Below are positions 61,382 through 64,000 of a stretch of 64,000 nucleotides of DNA, in pieces. The translations under genes were made by a program, and so were the position numbers. The stretch covers positions 7,502,001 through 7,566,000 of the forward strand of contig JBHGNT010000005.1 in assembly GCA_043228905.1 (NCBI GenBank), written 5' to 3'. Position 1 is the first letter of the stretch, and every line of letters begins with the position of its first letter. This DNA is from Azolla caroliniana (lineage: Eukaryota > Plantae > Polypodiophyta). The notes beneath the pieces were generated by a model. That model did no database searches and was not told the DNA's origin. It saw only the letters and a list, made by a program, of their open reading frames with translations.

Positions 61382-64000
61382 CAATTGATCCGAAAAAGAG
61401 TAATGTGATGGTTGAATGTAATCGTGAAAGGGAAGACAGTGGAAGCTCTAAGAGGTTTAAGGGCATTGAGGAAATTAATGAGAAAAAAGTGACATATGTT
61501 GAAGTAATATATGTAGATGAGGTTGACAAGGATAATTGTAATTGGGATACTTTATGGGGAATTGCCAATACCTTTTTGTTTGATATTGTGGAAGAAAATG
61601 AAAATGTAGCGAAAGAATGCAATGATGAGGATGTGCATGATGTGGATGTTGATGCTAAGGTAGTGTTGCAATCTTTTGATGTATTATATGATCGTGCAAT
61701 TATATTGTTTTTTACTGGGAAACTCCCATACATTAATTGGATTAAACAATGGTTGAACACAATCGTGTCACCAAATTGTGTTGAAAATATATATGCAAGA
61801 CCACGAGGGTTTTATGATGTAGTGTTTCGTTCACCGGAACATCGAAGTGCACTGTTGGCTAAAGTTCCAGTGTTTTTTGATAAACGATTGGTGCATGTAA
61901 TGCAATGGTTCCCTGTTATGGACTATCATGCTTTGTTGAAACAAGAAAGCCCTGTTTGGGTAATAGTGGATTGTAAGCATGCTTTTTATGGCCACTTTTA
62001 CTAGAGTTGATGAGTCAAATGGGTAAAGTGTTGGTATCTCCACATGCAAATGCTACAAATAAGTGCATATTTTGTGTGTTATGGGATACAAGTCGTAAGA
62101 GGCCAGGATGGGTGCGTATGAACACACCTGGAATGAAAAGACTTTGTTTTAAATTGAAGTGGGAGACATTTGCAGGTCACTGTTTTGGATGTGATGAATG
62201 GGGTCACTTTATGGCGGAATGCCATTGTCATTGTCCTTCAACTATAGAGGTTCCTAATGAAGGGAATGGTAAGGAAGGAGTTGGGAGAGATGTTGGTGTG
62301 TCAGATATGGTGGTTGTTATGGATGAAGGAACATCATCTAGAGCAAGTTATAAAGAGGTTTCACTTCAAGGTTTGGGCCCTAAGAGTAAGGGAACTCAAT
62401 CTATGGATATGGAAAAACAAAGTTTGGTGGTTATAGATAAGGGGGAAAAACCGTTGGATAGAACTAGTAATGATGTTGTTGTTGAAAAACGATTGGCATC
62501 AGGTTAAGGGCAAGTCGAAGGGCAAATCAATGAATATGCAAAGTAATAGTTTGCCCACTACTCGTGAGACTACTTGGAAAAGTAATTCAGGAACTAGGGA
62601 GGGTCCTCGAAAAGTTCCTTGGCAAAGACAATTTAGGGATAAGGGATTACCCCTTCACCTTCAATTTGATTCATTGGGATGGGTTGTAAATTCATTGAAT
62701 TCTCGAGGTTTTCATCAAGCGGGAGAACCTAAACAAAAGAGTTCGATAGACAACTCTAAGGATGTGGTGCATGAAAATCCATATGCAGCATTGGAACATG
62801 CATTGTTGACTGAATGAAAGTGGTAACATGGAATGTGAGAGGGGCATGTTCTCCTCATAAGAAGTATATATTATGGCAAACTTTATTAAGTAAAGAATGG
62901 GATATATTCTGTGCAGTTGAGCATAAGTGTCATGAGTTAGCATGATCCACAGTTCATTTGCGTGGATATTCATCATTCTATGCAGGACATCTTAATAATC
63001 ATTATTCAGGTGTGGTATTAATCGTGCGGGATAAGTATTTTCCTCAGGTGGTGCATAATGATCCTTATGGTCGGTTTTTGGTTCTAGAAATCACTTTTTT
63101 TGGTGAGGTTGTGTGGTGGTTGGGATTTATGCCCCTAACCAAGCCACTCAACGTATTGCATTATGGGGCTCACTTTGTCAAACCCTATGTGTGGGCCGTC
63201 TAGGATTACTTATGGGTGATTTTAACATGTGTGTTGATGCATCTCAATCTACGTCTGAACATTCAATCATGGATGATCCTAAGCAACTTGTTTGGGATTC
63301 ATTGGCTATGGAGGTTTTGAAGTTGGATGTTTGGACATGGTTGCATGGGAATGATCCAAGTTTTAGTTTCCAATCTGCTCAACATAGACAAACATGGAGT
63401 CGGTTAAATAGAATGTATGTGATGCACAATGATTCTTTTTTACCGACATCACTTCGTATGACAGTTTTACAAGATGTAGGAACTTCATATCACTTTCCTA
63501 TTTGTTTGGAGGTTTGTGGTCATGCAATTGACATGTATAAATCCTTACTTGGAAAGCCTCCATTATGCTTTAACTTTTCTCTTTTGCTTCAACCTCACTT
63601 TGATTCTCTCATGGAGCAAATTTTGGTAAATTTTTCACAAGAAGTGAATCTTAAAGGAGTTAAAGCATGGGATATCACATTATGAAATATTAAGATCGTT
63701 CATCGTATGTATGGAGTAACTAATGCCCAACGAAGAAGAGGTCTTCTTCTAAAATTCTCACAAGTTCTCTCTAGGTGTAATGCATTATTGATACGTGCAC
63801 CTTTAGATGAGGAGCTTTTGGATATCCAAAGTTTGCATGTTATTACTTCTCAGTTGCAATGCCAAAGTTATTGTTATGCAAAGATGCGACAATTGAGGGA
63901 CGGGCTCATAGATAATCAATGTCAATCCCATTTGTTTTTCCAAGCATTACATCCTACTTATACTCGATCTAATGTGGTACATGTGAAGCAAGGTGATGAA
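61380..64000 (+). mobile_element. L1-clade LINE, degraded: ORF1 (DUF4283-like region plus CCHC) and the start of ORF2 (APE endonuclease), running off the window end
   Basis: ORF1 has RGFYDVVF, LVHVMQW and CFGCDEWGHFMAEC. ORF2 starts at ATG 62814: KVVTWNVRG, GRFL, GIYAPN, LMGDFN, SRLNRMYV, SYHFPI. Confidence 0.9.

Overview
This is AT-rich eukaryotic nuclear DNA from a land plant. The PPR type and retroelement families suggest a fern or other seed-free plant (inference). There are four apparently intact host genes: an intronless PLS-E PPR gene (-), a 10-exon C2-domain phospholipase D (-), TMCO1 (+), and a 5-exon LONESOME HIGHWAY-like bHLH/ACT gene (-). The rest is transposon-rich. A decayed non-chromoviral Ty3/gypsy element (20652-38555, TSD ATAAG) carries an extra 3' ORF, and its 3' LTR is interrupted by a younger, near-intact Ty3/gypsy element on the opposite strand (30611-38481, 4-bp TSD, tRNA-Trp PBS). 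Also present are a solo LTR, two hAT-type MITEs of one family, several LINE remnants and a PPR pseudogene. The strongest leads are in the inner retrotransposon: a viral-style -1 frameshift cassette (G GAU UUU UAG plus hairpin) placed after the protease, and a tRNA-Lys-like Pol III cassette in both LTRs. A third lead is the LHW-like protein, which lacks the usual N-terminal domain, carries a triplicated ~60-aa module and has uORF candidates. All of this comes from reading the sequence by eye; no searches were run.
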